This document shows positions 49,688 to 63,342 of a DNA stretch of 64,000 nt, in pieces. Under the pieces are notes generated by a model. The model was not told the origin of the DNA. It ran no database searches and saw only the letters and a program-made list of their open reading frames with translations. The position numbers were made by a program, and so were the translations under genes. The DNA comes from Eledone cirrhosa (lineage: Eukaryota): positions 357,306,001 to 357,370,000 of the forward strand of contig OZ024742.1 of assembly GCA_964016885.1 (NCBI GenBank), given 5' to 3'. Position 1 is the stretch's first letter, and every line of letters starts with the position of its first letter.

Positions 49688-50025
49688 GGAGGCGCATGGC
49701 CTAGTGGTTAGAGCATTGGCCTTGCAATCGAAAGGTTGTGAGTTCAATTCTCAGAGCGGGTGATGTGTTGTATCCTTGAACAAGACACTTTATTTCACAT
49801 TGCTCCAGTTTACTCAGCTGTAGAAATGAGATGACAGGACTGGGGTCTCTATCATTCCACTGCAAAGTGGTCGTGGAGGTACCACGACAAAAAAGCACCC
49901 AGCCCACACTGTAAATGAGGTTGGTGTTAGGAAGGGCATCCAACTGTAGAAATCAAGCCAGAATCAGTTCCCATCCCACCCTTGCAAGCAGGGAAAAGCG
50001 GACGTAAAATGATGATGATGATGAT
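49688..50025 (+). mobile_element. SINE family B, full-length copy
   Basis: Highly similar to 48241-48576. Confidence 0.92.
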
Positions 50026-51353
50026 ATGTAATTTTCAAAGAATTTAGCCAAATTAGAGAAACATATGGTGTTCTTGAAATTCATTTCATTGAGTTATAGA
50101 ATATGTCACTCTTGTCTTCATTTTGTCAATCTCACCATTAGCAATACACTGAACAAATGATTAGACCATTGAAATACGGTAAAGATCAATGCTATTGTTC
50201 ACAAATTGTCATATAATATGAAAGAAAGAAAAAATATTGATATATTTCAAAACAGCAGATTTTTTTTGATTTTTACTTTTATTCACGTCCCACCTCATCC
50301 ACCTTCTCTTTCTACATACTTGATATCAAACTCTAGCAACAACAACAACAACAACAACAAAACAAAAACTGTATTGTTACATGATCAATAGTTGTTTGGA
50401 CATACATTTACTTCACAGCATATGTTAAGATCAAGTTTTATATCTCAGAGTGGCTATTATATATCTTTTATTGCAAAGACATTTCAACAAGAAATTTACT
50501 ACATACCAGGTGAAAAGAAACACTGTTATCTGTTATTTTAAACAAATGAATTTCACTTGCACACTTATTTATTTCAGTTTATGGCAAAATTATCTGAAAC
50601 TTACAATGAATTATACAACTAAAATTTAATATTTGTCTTTTATGATTCTTAATTTTCTATTATTTTTATTGCCATTATAAACACAACAATATCAATCGTA
50701 TAAAATATTAGTTATTATTAAGTCTCTTTTTCTGTTTAGTTATGAATATTGTTAATAAAACAATCAACTAATAATCCTTTAGTTCTAGATTCCATCTGTT
50801 GGTTGCAGCCATTCTAAGATGCTCTTATCCATATGTTGGTATCATTTTGAAATTATTGTTTTCTGGGTTAGAGACAGAAAAGGACCTAGGTGTAAAGCCT
50901 CTCCCCCCCTCTCTTTCATCTGTCACCTAATAGTCCTTGCTCTTTCCCTCCGTTTCTTTTCATGTATGGCATTTATAGTCCTTTACTTTACTACACAGCC
51001 AGATCTATCCTTCTTTACCCATTCCTCATTTTTTTTTTTATTATTTATATAATTAATTATGAAAACTTAATGAATAATTCCTCTGTAATAAATTGGCTGC
51101 TTTGCAACCTCAAGAAGGAGGAGCTCTACCATATTTCTGAATCCTGTCACTTCTTTCTGTTCAAACCAGCTGTAACTGGCTGCTCACACATACATGAAGG
51201 TATTGTTCTCAAAATAAATAACATCAAAATCTCGTAGATTCGATTTTATGTGAGATAATTATGTAAGATAAAGCCTTTACTATGAAAATGCAATAGTAGA
51301 TATAAAGTAATATAAATGCTAGAGGGTTAAAATATCCAAGACACACTGTTTGT

Positions 51354-51592
51354 CAAGATAGTGGCTCTACAATTCCATCAGAAGTTAAGGGCCTTTATTA
51401 AGAACAATAAACATTGTTCCAATGATTGTGCAGCAGTGTATTATGGATATCTATTAAATCTGTTATTTTTCAAGATGGAGGCTCTACAATTCCATCAAAA
51501 GTTAAGGGCCTTTATTAAGAACAATAAACATTGTTTCAATGTTTGTGCAGCAGTGTATTATGAGATATCTATTAAATCTGTTATTCTTCAAC
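51354..51592. repeat. 117-bp direct tandem duplication
   Basis: caagat..ggctctacaattccatca...attaaatctgttatt begins at 51354 and again at 51471. Confidence 0.85.
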
Positions 51593-51874
51593 AGTTATAT
51601 TTCACTGCTATTTCTAATAACTTTCCAATAAAAATCACAACTAATTTTCTGTCGTTTGGGCTTGCTATATATTTTAATGAATAAATTAAGCTATGGGAAA
51701 TTTTATATCCCTTTTTATTGAAAATTTAATGAATAATAATTAATAATTAATTATAATTAATTTTATAATACCTTGCTTCAAACAGTTTACTGTTGCTATA
51801 AAAGAATTAAAAAAACAACAAAAATCAATAAAAGAAATATAAATGAACAAAAATTAGATGAAGATTGTTAAGTG

Positions 51875-52831
<957 letters not shown>

Positions 52832-52995
52832 ATATATATATATATATATATATGAAAAGTGTAAGTTTCTACACAAAACAAAGGTTATAGAGAAAATTGA
52901 GGTTGGTAATGGCACATGGAATATATAAGAAACAGAATACTTTTTTGTGAAAAAACATATAATTTTATAAGGTAAAGAAATAATAAAGGGTATAA

Positions 52996-53043
52996 AAAAT
53001 GACCGGTTTCGATGGGTCTGCAAAAGCCATCTTTTCAAATGTT
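52996..53043 (-). ncRNA. Minimal hammerhead ribozyme, U3-A8 core variant (PLE2 3' repeat)
   Basis: aacAT-TTGAAAA-GATGG-cttttgcagac-CCATC-GAAAC-CG-GTC-ATttt; palindromic stem III ACCGGT; weak stem I. Confidence 0.72.
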
Positions 53044-53603
53044 GATTAATATTAAGAAAAATTAATAATAAGAAGAGTTAAAATTTGAGATTTGAAAATT
53101 CAAGTATAAAATTCAGTGTGGTATTTCATAGTAGTTTTCATCTTGGTAGCAGCAAGTTGACTGCTGTGTGCCTTTCTGGTAGTGAATGAGGAGTTATTTG
53201 GGGGAGTGGGTTATTTTATAAAGGTCAGATTTAGCAATGGCCAGATGGCCAGCTGCTGGTCAGTGAGGGGGTGGAAGCAATATATATACATATATCTCCC
53301 TGTGGTCGGTAGGAGATGGGAGAGTGATAGAAAGGGATTTAGTGCACTTACACCTATATATACACACATAACCTCATCCACACACACATACATATACATA
53401 TACACACATACACACACATACATACACACACACACATATATACATACACACATACAAACACACGCACACACATATATACACATACACACACATATATATA
53501 CACACACACACATATATATACACATACGCATACATTCAGATACACACATACATACACACACACACACACACACAATACATCCACATACATACATCCACAT
53601 GCA

Positions 53604-53688
<85 letters not shown>

Positions 53689-54076
53689 ATACATACACCC
53701 ACACACATAGAGAAATGGCCTCCAAATATATATATATACATACATACACATATTTTTTCCATAATATAAGAAGTTAGGACAGTGAAATTAAAATACAAGT
53801 CATTCTGATCACATTGAGTTCTTCATGTAGATTGGGCCCCGCAACCGACAGTAGTGAATTCTGTGTGCGCATATATATATAGATATATATGTGTGCACGT
53901 GCAGGGTTTAACATGGATGTGTTAGTCACACAAAGGCATGGTCTGTCAACGAATAAACCTGATTCTACAGAATTGGTCTCTGGTCTTTAATAGTAGTGAT
54001 AATTATATACATGCACACATACACACACATATATCTGTCACTCCGTGTGTATGTGTGTTTATATTTTATGACAATT

Positions 54077-56340
54077 CTATTGGGGTGATAACCCGTTTAG
54101 TTTTGGTTTAAATTTGTTAAGGAATAGATTTTCTTTGTTTATTCTTTGTTGCTGTGTGAACGAATCTGAGCACTTGTAGAAGGGGAAGATTTTAAAGTTG
54201 GGTAGTGTCATTCCTGCGCAGTTCGCAATATGGCTGCTCAAGGGGACTTTTCTTGTGTTAGCGTCCCGGATTTGTTGGCGGTGGATGGTCATTCTTTTGC
54301 GTAATGAGGTGCCCGTCTGTCCTATGTAGTTGTGTTTGCACCCACCGCAAGTTATTGCGTAAATCAAGTTCTCCGTGTTGCAGGTGAAATTGTTTTTTAC
54401 TGTAAATGTTTGGCCATCTTTAAATGTAAATTTTTGTCCTTCAGTGAGGTAGAGGCACGTTCCACAGTTTGTTCTACCACATTTGGTAACTGTAGGGTTG
54501 AGGATTGGTTTGGGTATATTTGGTCCAATGAGAATGCGTTTTAGTGATTTGGGTTGTCTTTTACTTTTAAGGATCTTGTGTGTTTCAAGAATATACTTCA
54601 TTTTTACATCTTTAAGTAGGATGGGGAGGTGTTTGTGTAGATGATCAAACATTTCGGTATTTCTGGGGTTGAAAGTGGATACATATGGCAGGGTGTTGAG
54701 TGTGGTTTTCTGTTTTGGATTGTTAAGTTGATGGGGATTTAGGTGTTTTGCCCTGTCTATTCCATTGTTGATTATTTCAAGTGGAAAGGCTCTTAAGATA
54801 AGGGTGTCTTTTAGTTCCTTTAGTCTTTGCTCCCGTTTAGGTGGATCTGATACTATGGTACATATACGTTTGGCCAAATTGTAAGGAATGTTAAGTTTTG
54901 TATGTTTTGGGTGACTTGATGTGAAAAAGAGGTATTGCTTGGAATCTGTGGGTTTATAGAATATATCTGTATCTAATTTCCCGTCTATTACAGAGATGAG
55001 AATATCCAAGAAGGCTAATTCCTTGGGATTGGATTCCATTGTGAATTGTATGTTATTATCTATGTTGTTTATCATGTTTTTAAACATAGTAAGTGAGTTC
55101 ATGTCTTCTTGCCATAGGATAAAGCAGTTGTCTAGATATCTTTTCAAATTGGCTTTGAGGTGTGTGTGGAAAGAGTTTCCAAATAAGAGAAGGGACTGAC
55201 TGTATATTTGTTGTTCATGGAATCCCATGACTAGGTTGGCATATGTGGGTGCTACTTTCGTGCCCATTGCAGTACCTGATACTTGTCTGTATGTTGAACC
55301 ATTGAATGTGAAGTAGTTATTTTGTAGGATAAAGTGGAGTCCGTCAGTGATAAAATCTTTGTTGATGCGTGTCGGTATTTCTGATGGGTGTGTGTTAAGC
55401 CAGTATTGGACTGCTGTTATTCCATAGTTGTGGGGTATGTTTGTGTAGAGGTTTATTACGTCAAAGGAGACAAGAATTGTATTTGCACTTACTGTTTTAG
55501 GGAGGTGTTTCAGCATGTCAAGGTCATCTCGTATGTAGCTCTGTATATGTTGTAGAAAGGGTTTCAGTAGGATGTCCAGAAAGTTGCTAAGTCTGTGGGT
55601 TTCACATGTAGGGCCTGCTATAATTGGCCTGAGTTTTAGGTCTTCTGGTGGTGTTAGTTCAATGTAATTGTTGGTTGAGGTGTCACATGCATCGTTTATG
55701 GGTTTACATTTGTGGAGTTTCGGTAAGCCGTAAAAAGAGCTTGTATTGCATTTGAAGTGGCTTATATAGTTAAACTCTTTTGTGGTTAAGCTGTTGCGGT
55801 ATTTATTCAGTAAGGTCAAAAGGTTCCCCATTGTTTTTGGTGTGTTTGTAGTTTTCTGTTTTTTCATAGTATGTGTTGTTTTCTAAAATGTTAAGTGCGA
55901 GGGTCCTATAGTAGTCCGTATTCATAATGACAACAGTACTGCCTTTATCGGCTTCTTTGATGGTTATCTCAGGGTTGTTTCTAAGTGTGAATAATTCTTC
56001 CCATTCGTGTGTAGATAGGTTTGATTTCGTGTGTTTATTTGTAATTTTTTCATAGCGAAAGTTGGTGATGTGTTCGCAGTACGTGTCCAGTGCTTTATTT
56101 CTTCCCTTTTGTGGGCAGAAATTGCTTTTATTTCTAACCAGTGATTCGTCTTCAGTGTTGGTGTCGTTGTGGAAGAATTCCGTTAGTCGCAGCTTTCGGC
56201 AGTATTCCATAATTTCATCCTTCATTTCGGGGAAGTTTGGTTTACGTGGTGTAGGTGTAAATTTCAGGCCCTTACTTAAAATGATGAATTGTGTGTTGGT
56301 TAGAGGTGTCTTTGAGAGGTTGATTATTTTTGGTTTCTCC
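54077..56340 (-). pseudogene. PLE2 RT plus GIY-YIG ORF (frameshift near 55850; catalytic YLDD changed to YLDN)
   Basis: IINLS..LT....LSKGLKFTPTP, IKEADKGSTVVIM, FYGLPKLHK, LRPII, SFDVINLYTNI, GTAMGT, RYLDNCF, YKPTDSKQYL..SSHP, linker KCGRTNCGTC, NLIYAITC..C..NYIGQT. Confidence 0.92.
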
Positions 56341-56390
56341 TGAGAGGGGGGGGGGGGGGCATCGAGTATCCTGGTATTTCAGGCTTTTCC

Positions 56391-57404
56391 CTAAAAAAGG
56401 AATGTAGTTTTGTGTGTGATTATATTTTGTTGGTCTGTTGCGTGTGGGTCTGTAGCTTGTTGTTTCATGAGGGTGAATGTGATGGTGGGGGTGGTATGTG
56501 TTGTGGTTGTTGATGAGCAAGGGTTCTGTTGTTGGTTCATGTGGTCTGGGTGCGTTATTTCTGTGGTACAGAGTGTTGAGGTTGGGGGTTGTCTTCTGTT
56601 GGATTGAGGGTGATGTCTGGTGTGGTTGTGGGTAAGTTCTGTTGTGATTTCAAGTGGTCCGGGTGGATTTCTTCTGAGGAATGTGGTGTGTGTGTTGTGA
56701 GTTGGATATATGTTATTTCGTCGTTGGTTTATGTAGGGGGTATTTCTACGGAAACCTGTGTTGTGGTGGTTGGGTGTGTTTCTTTTGGTGTAGTTGGCCG
56801 TATTTGGTTTGTGTTGGTGGGGGATGTGCCTGTGGTTAGTGTGTGTTGGGTTTGGTGGTGTAAATGTGTCTGTTGTAGTTCTTGTTATGTTCAAATGCTT
56901 TATAAAGGGGTTACCTGTTTGGTGCGTCCTTTTAAAGTCTTCATATTTGAGGAACCAGTTTTCGGATTTTTCCCACCGTTTAAGGGAAATAATTTCTGCA
57001 TTCTCGCAGTCCTGTTTCCACGATTTGATTAAACTTTGTAGGGTTGTTCCCTCGGCCTTTTTAGTGCATTCTTCCTCCATATTTTTATCAGTATCCTTAT
57101 ACTCTTGCTCGTTGGAGGTGGCCTTTAATTTTAGGAGTTCTATTTCCATGTTTATCCTGTTGAGTGACATTTGTTCACGGAGTTTTCTTTCTGGTTCAGG
57201 TTCGTTTGTAATATGCTTTATTTGGAATTTACCTGGTAAAACTATCGGTGTTGAGTTAATCCAATTTTGGTAAATTCCAGCTTTGTTGAGGTTTTTTATC
57301 ATATTCCAGAAAGTGAATTTTCTGGTTTTTAGATGTTTTTTCCAGAGGTGTCCCATTTGGTTTTTGATATGGAGCAATGTCGTCTGTTCTGTTTCGGTAT
57401 TCAT
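56391..57404 (-). CDS. PLE2 upstream ORF / N-terminal region (predicted helical, then an H/T/N-rich low-complexity tail)
   Basis: 337-aa open frame directly upstream of, and on the same strand as, the RT; starts right at the inverted-repeat junction. No recognisable catalytic motif. Confidence 0.6.
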   Translation of the reverse strand: MNTETEQTTLLHIKNQMGHLWKKHLKTRKFTFWNMIKNLNKAGIYQNWINSTPIVLPGKFQIKHITNEPEPERKLREQMSLNRINMEIELLKLKATSNEQEYKDTDKNMEEECTKKAEGTTLQSLIKSWKQDCENAEIISLKRWEKSENWFLKYEDFKRTHQTGNPFIKHLNITRTTTDTFTPPNPTHTNHRHIPHQHKPNTANYTKRNTPNHHNTGFRRNTPYINQRRNNIYPTHNTHTTFLRRNPPGPLEITTELTHNHTRHHPQSNRRQPPTSTLCTTEITHPDHMNQQQNPCSSTTTTHTTPTITFTLMKQQATDPHATDQQNIITHKTTFLF

Positions 57405-57757
57405 AAGTTTTTCGATGGATGTGTGGGTGTATGTATGTGTGTGTGTGTGTGTGTATGTGTGTGCATGTGGATGTATGTATGTATGTGTATGTATGTGTAT
57501 GTATTGTGTGTGCGTGCGTGTGTGTGTGTGTATATATATGTGTGTGTATGTGTATATATGTGTGTGTGTTTGTATGTGTGTATGTATATATGTGTGTGTG
57601 TGTATGTATGTGTGTATCTGGATGTATGCGTATGTATATATATGTGTGTGTGTGTATATATATATGTGTGTGTATGTGTATATGTGTGTGTGTGTGTGTA
57701 TGTGTGTATGTATATGTATATGTGTGTGTATGTATGTGTGTATGTATGTGTGTATAC

Positions 57758-57801
<44 letters not shown>

Positions 57802-58158
57802 ATGTATATGTATGTGTGTGTGGATGAGGGTATGTGTGTATATATATAGGTGTAAGTGCACTAAATCCCTTTCTATCACTCTCCCCTCTCCTACCGACCA
57901 CAGGGAGATATATGTATGTATATTGCTTCCACCCCCTCACTGACCAGCAGCTGGCCATCTGGCCATTGCTAAATCTGACCTTTATAAAATAACCCACTCC
58001 CCAAATAACTCCTCATTCACTACCAGAAAGGCACACAGCAGTCAACTTGCTGCTACCAAGATGAAAACTACTATGAAATACCACACTGAATTTTATACTT
58101 GAATTTTCAAATCTCAAATTCTAACTCTTCTTATTATTAATTTTTCTTAATATTAATC

Positions 58159-58206
58159 AACATTTGAAAAGATGGCTTTTGCAGACCCATCGAAACCGGT
58201 CATTTT
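58159..58206 (+). ncRNA. Same hammerhead in the inverted repeat of PLE2
   Basis: aacatttgaaaagatggcttttgcagacccatcgaaaccggtcattttt on the + strand. Confidence 0.72.
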
Positions 58207-58489
58207 TTATACCCTTTATTATTTCCTTACCTTATAAAATTAAATGTTTTTTCACAAAAAAGTATTCAGTCTCTTATATATTCCATGTGCCATTACCAAC
58301 CTCAATTTTCTATCTCTCTCTCTCTATATATATATATCATAAATCATGTCTTTAGAATTATTAGATAAAATATATACCATTTTATGATATATTGCTCTGA
58401 TTATTTAATTTATTAATTCTTCATAGAGCCACAAAGTGACCCGTTGCAACATATATATCTATAACTTTATGTATATGTAAACCTTTATA

Positions 58490-58524
58490 TTTATATATAT
58501 ATATATATATATACATATATATAT

Positions 58525-58619
<95 letters not shown>

Positions 58620-58620
58620 C

Positions 58621-58675
<55 letters not shown>

Positions 58676-58696
58676 GATATATACATATATATATAT

Positions 58697-58733
<37 letters not shown>

Positions 58734-58734
58734 C

Positions 58735-58821
<87 letters not shown>

Positions 58822-58984
58822 CATATATACATATATATATATACATATATGCATATATATATACATATATACATATACATATACATATATACACATATAT
58901 ATTCATATATACATATATATATACATATATACATATATATATATATATACATATATATACATATATACATATATATATATATAC

Positions 58985-59019
<35 letters not shown>

Positions 59020-59234
59020 CATATATGTATATATATATACATATATATGTATATATATACATATATATATATACATATATACATATATATATACATATAT
59101 ATATATATACATATATACATATATATATATACATATATACATATATATATATACATATATACATATATATATATACATATATACATATATATATATATAC
59201 ATATACATATATATATATATGCACATACATATAT
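58490..59234. repeat. Long (TA)n/(TACA) microsatellite
   Basis: Directly visible. Confidence 0.97.
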
Positions 59235-61139
59235 GCACTTAAACGTATACAAAATGATAAAACAATAATAATTAAACAAGCAGATAATGGGGGTGCAGTT
59301 GTTATAATGGATGCTGAATACTACAAGGATTTGGTTGAGGAACAACTGAAAGACACAACATTCTATCATGAAATACCGTCAAATATAGACCACAACATCA
59401 TGAAGAAGATCAACAACCTGGATTTAAAATACCACAACTCACTTACTGATAAGGAAAGGGACTACATCACCAATTTTGAGCCAAAGCCCAGCAACCTGTA
59501 TGGCCTACCGAAAGTTCATAAGTCAAAAGAAATACAACTGGCAGTAAGAGAACAAAACAGTGAGTACATTAAATTACTACACCCAAAAGACTTAAAACTT
59601 CGACCTATTATAGCTGGTCCAACATGCCCTACCCACCGTTTAAACAATTTTGTTGACATTATTTTGAAACCACTATGTATTCACATACCCAGTTTCATCC
59701 GGGATGATATCGACTTCCTGTCCCATCTTCCCAAAACCACGGAAACGAATTCACTTCTACTTAGTTTTGATGTGGTAAGCCTTTACACCAACATTACACA
59801 TGATTTAGGAATAAAGGCGGTTAAATACTGGGTGGAAAAACACAGAGAAGTGATTCCCATCAGATTCACAGCGCCATTTATATTAGACGCAGTTAAACTT
59901 ATTCTGGAAAACAACACTTTCTTCTTCAATGGAAAGAATTACATCCAAATTAGAGGCACAGCGAAGGGAACGAAGTTTGCTCCCGTTTACGCGAACTCTG
60001 TAATGGGATACTTAGAACAACAACTCTACCAAGAAATAGAGGAAAAATATAGTACTGACTTTAGAAAGTACATTGAAAAATCTTGGAAGAGATACCTTGA
60101 CGACTGTTTCATCATCTGGACAGAATTTCTAGATACTCTGGATGAGTTCAATATCCTCCTGAATAACCTACACCCATCTCTCCAATTCACAAAAGAGATG
60201 AGTAGGACCAAATTACCATTCCTAGATATAATAATAATCAAAAACGACACCACCATTACGACGGATATATATTATAAACACACAGACACCCATCAATATC
60301 TGAATTTTAAGTCGTGCCATCCACCTCATACAAAATGCAACATCCCATACTGCCTAGCCAGAAGAATTTGTACCATTGTAGAAAATACGAACACCAGGTA
60401 CAAACGCCTAACAGAACTAAGAGAATTTTTGCTCAAACAAAAATACCCATCTCTACTTATAGGAAATGGCATACAGCGGGCTATAAACATACCTATACAA
60501 CAACTTAGGACAACCCAAGGAAAAAGAAACCAAGAACTGGTCATACCATTTATAATGACACACAACCCATGTCACCAGAATATCTTCAACACTGCCAAAG
60601 CAAACCTACCGATCATTGCTCAAAGTAATGAATTAAAAGGCTTAATCCCAGATCGATCTTTGACTCTTAGTAAAAGACAGCCGAAAAATTTGAAGCAATT
60701 ACTAACAAAAGCAAAGTTTGACCTTAACAACAAAGACCAATCATTCACTGTATCTAAATGCAATGATAGTCGATGCGGCACATGTAAATCCATACACGCC
60801 AGTCAATATATGAAAACAAAAACTGGAAAAATATTCCCAAATGCAAATATGAACTGCAAAAGCAGAAATCTAATTTACTGCATTAAATGCCCGAATTGTG
60901 AAGAACTATATGTCGGTCAAACTGGAAATGCACTATCAGAACGAACACGGGTACACCGTCAGCAAATCAGAGACCCAAATGTCCGTCAGATACCCCTAAG
61001 TAACCATCTAGCAACATGTGGTCAGGGAATATTTATAATATTCCCATTCTACAAATTACACAGCCCAAGTGAAATCAAGAGAAAAATCAAAGAAAAGAAT
61101 TTTATTGATAAATTCAAACCCAAGCTAAATGAACAATAA
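59235..61139 (+). CDS. PLE3 reverse transcriptase plus GIY-YIG endonuclease (N-terminally truncated)
   Basis: [94 protein letters not shown]. The first 70 aa of the track ORF are microsatellite. Confidence 0.92.
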   Translation, partial: ALKRIQNDKTIIIKQADNGGAVVIMDAEYYKDLVEEQLKDTTFYHEIPSNIDHNIMKKINNLDLKYHNSLTDKERDYITNFEPKPSNLYGLPKVHKSKEIQLAVREQNSEYIKLLHPKDLKLRPIIAGPTCPTHRLNNFVDIILKPLCIHIPSFIRDDIDFLSHLPKTTETNSLLLSFDVVSLYTNITHDLGIKAVKYWVEKHREVIPIRFTAPFILDAVKLILENNTFFFNGKNYIQIRGTAKGTKFAPVYANSVMGYLEQQLYQEIEEKYSTDFRKYIEKSWKRYLDDCFIIWTEFLDTLDEFNILLNNLHPSLQFTKEMSRTKLPFLDIIIIKNDTTITTDIYYKHTDTHQYLNFKSCHPPHTKCNIPYCLARRICTIVENTNTRYKRLTELREFLLKQKYPSLLIGNGIQRAINIPIQQLRTTQGKRNQELVIPFIMTHNPCHQNIFNTAKANLPIIAQSNELKGLIPDRSLTLSKRQPKNLKQLLTKAKFDLNNKDQSFTVSKCNDSRCGTCKSIHASQYMKTKTGKIFPNANMNCKSRNLIYCIKCPNCEELYVGQTGNALSERTRVHRQQIRDPNVRQIPLSNHLATCGQGIFIIFPFYKLHSPSEIKRKIKEKNFIDKFKPKLNEQ

Positions 61140-61526
61140 TAATGCTTAGGGGTATTACTTCTACTACGACTATGACTACGACCATGTCGACTGCGACCAC
61201 TAGCAACAACAACAACTATAATAATAACAATAATAAAAGTGATGTTGATGGTGATGATTACTAGAAAATGCTATTTTCATCATTTCTAAAAATAGCAAAA
61301 CAATTGATGCTTTGGATAGGATCAATTAGTGGTCGTTAGACATGCTCAACCAACCGTGACACCTAAACCAATCAGCTTTAGTAATTCAGTGAAACTGCAC
61401 ACCGATTGGTCGAAATACGGTTTGCAAGATTTAGCATTCTGAGGCCACTTTTCACTATATATAAGGTACAAAATTTACCCATCTCATACAGTTGAAAATT
61501 GCAAACTTGACTGTCACCACACATTA

Positions 61527-61565
61527 TGAACCTGAAGATTGCGAAAGCATCAAAGTACTTGTTCA
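61527..61565 (+). ncRNA. Degenerate minimal hammerhead in the PLE3 3'UTR
   Basis: TGAAC-CTGAAGA-T-TGC-gaaa-GCA-T-CAAA-GTAC-TT-GTTCA: 5-bp stem I and palindromic stem III AGTACT, but the catalytic G12 is C. Confidence 0.6.
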
Positions 61566-61752
61566 ATTAACACTTAACATTTAATATTCTATCATACTAT
61601 TTCATTATAATACCATTATAAATTTTAAAGAATTGTAAATAAAACGAGTAAATCAGACAAAGTTGGAAATCCTCTTATTAATATAATCTTCTATACACAA
61701 TCATACACACCCGTGTATATTTATCTATCTATATACATATATATATATACAT

Positions 61753-61823
<71 letters not shown>

Positions 61824-61828
61824 CATAT

Positions 61829-62161
61829 GGAGGCACATGGTTTAGTGGTTAGAGCATTGGGCTTGCAATCGAAAGGTTGTGAGTTCAATTCTCAGACCGA
61901 GTGATGTGTTGTTTCCTTGAGCAAGACACTTTATTTCACATTGCTCCAGTTTACTCAGCTGTAGAAATGAGATGATAGGGACTGGGGTCCATATCATTCC
62001 ACTGCAAATTGGTCGTGGAGGTGCCACGGCAAAAAAAGCACCCAGCACTCACTGTAAGTGAGGTTGGTGTTAGGAAGGGCATCAAGCTGTAGAAACTAGG
62101 CCAGAATCAGTTCCCGTCCCACCCTTGCAAGCAGGGAAAAGTGGACGTAAAAGATGATGAT
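61829..62161 (+). mobile_element. SINE family B, full-length copy within (TA)n
   Basis: Highly similar to 48241-48576. Confidence 0.92.
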
Positions 62162-62350
62162 ATATATATATATATATACATATATACATACATATATATA
62201 TATATATATATATTAGAAAGTGAGGTTTTTTTTACAAAATGAAAAATAACCGAGGTGTCCTACACGAGTGAAAGTATAAAGAAAAAGAGATGAAATCGAA
62301 AATGCAACTGAAGTCTTATATTTTTTAAAAATATATATATTTATTTGGTT

Positions 62351-62388
62351 CCTTTACCGGTTTCGCAGTTCTTCTGCTTTTCAAAAGG
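62351..62388 (-). ncRNA. Minimal hammerhead ribozyme, U3-A8 variant
   Basis: CCTT-TTGAAAA-GCAG-aagaa-CTGC-GAAAC-CG-GTA-AAGG; all three stems pair; predicted cleavage after GUA. Confidence 0.85.
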
Positions 62389-62486
62389 TGAGTTGAGATG
62401 GAGGGTCTGTGGTTTTTAACCAAATAAATATATATATTTAAAAAAAAAATAAGACTTCAGTTGCATTTTCGATTTCATCTCTTTTT

Positions 62487-62537
<51 letters not shown>

Positions 62538-62674
62538 AGAAAGTGAGGTTTTTTTTTACAAAATGAAAAATAACCGAGGTGTCCTACACGAGTGGAAGTA
62601 TAAAGAAAAAGAGATGAAATCGAAAATGCAACTGAAGTCATATTTTTTTTAAAAATATATATATTTATTTGGTT

Positions 62675-62712
62675 CCTTTACCGGTTTCGCAGTTCTTCTG
62701 CTTTTCAAAAGG
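62675..62712 (-). ncRNA. Second identical U3-A8 hammerhead
   Basis: Identical to 62351-62388, 324 nt away. Confidence 0.85.
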
Positions 62713-62740
62713 TGAGTTGAGATGGAGGGTCTGTGGTTTT

Positions 62741-63132
<392 letters not shown>

Positions 63133-63305
63133 AAAATTACTTCTCATATGCTGATTTAAAACTGCACTATCCACAAGTGTTTTTTAGCCTTCATATCATG
63201 TCCTCCTGTTTTATCCGATGAAAACACAAATATTATTGCATGATGATGTTTGTTTTTGAAATGCGCATAATAAAATACATGGAACTCCTTTAACCATCTT
63301 TTGAT

Positions 63306-63341
<36 letters not shown>

Positions 63342-63342
<1 letters not shown>

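Larger units (their letters stand above)
52854..58311 (-). mobile_element. Penelope-like element 2 (Neptune-type) with ~0.85-kb inverted terminal repeats (inverted pLTRs)
   Basis: 52890-53707 is the reverse complement of 57419-58311 apart from microsatellite length differences. The coding region is 54077-57404 and both outer ends abut TA-rich microsatellite. Confidence 0.92.
59235..61715 (+). mobile_element. Penelope-like element 3 (Neptune-type), 5'-truncated, flanked by (TA)n
   Basis: Open RT plus GIY-YIG frame to 61139, then a 3'UTR with a hammerhead-like motif and AATAAA near 61638. Confidence 0.93.
62213..62741 (-). mobile_element. Tandem pair of ~205-bp hammerhead-bearing elements (62213-62417, 62536-62741) with an intervening inverted partial copy (62418-62492)
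   Basis: Near-identical direct repeats. 62418-62492 is the reverse complement of 62275-62350. (TA)n flanks the group and separates the inverted piece from the second copy. Confidence 0.88.
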
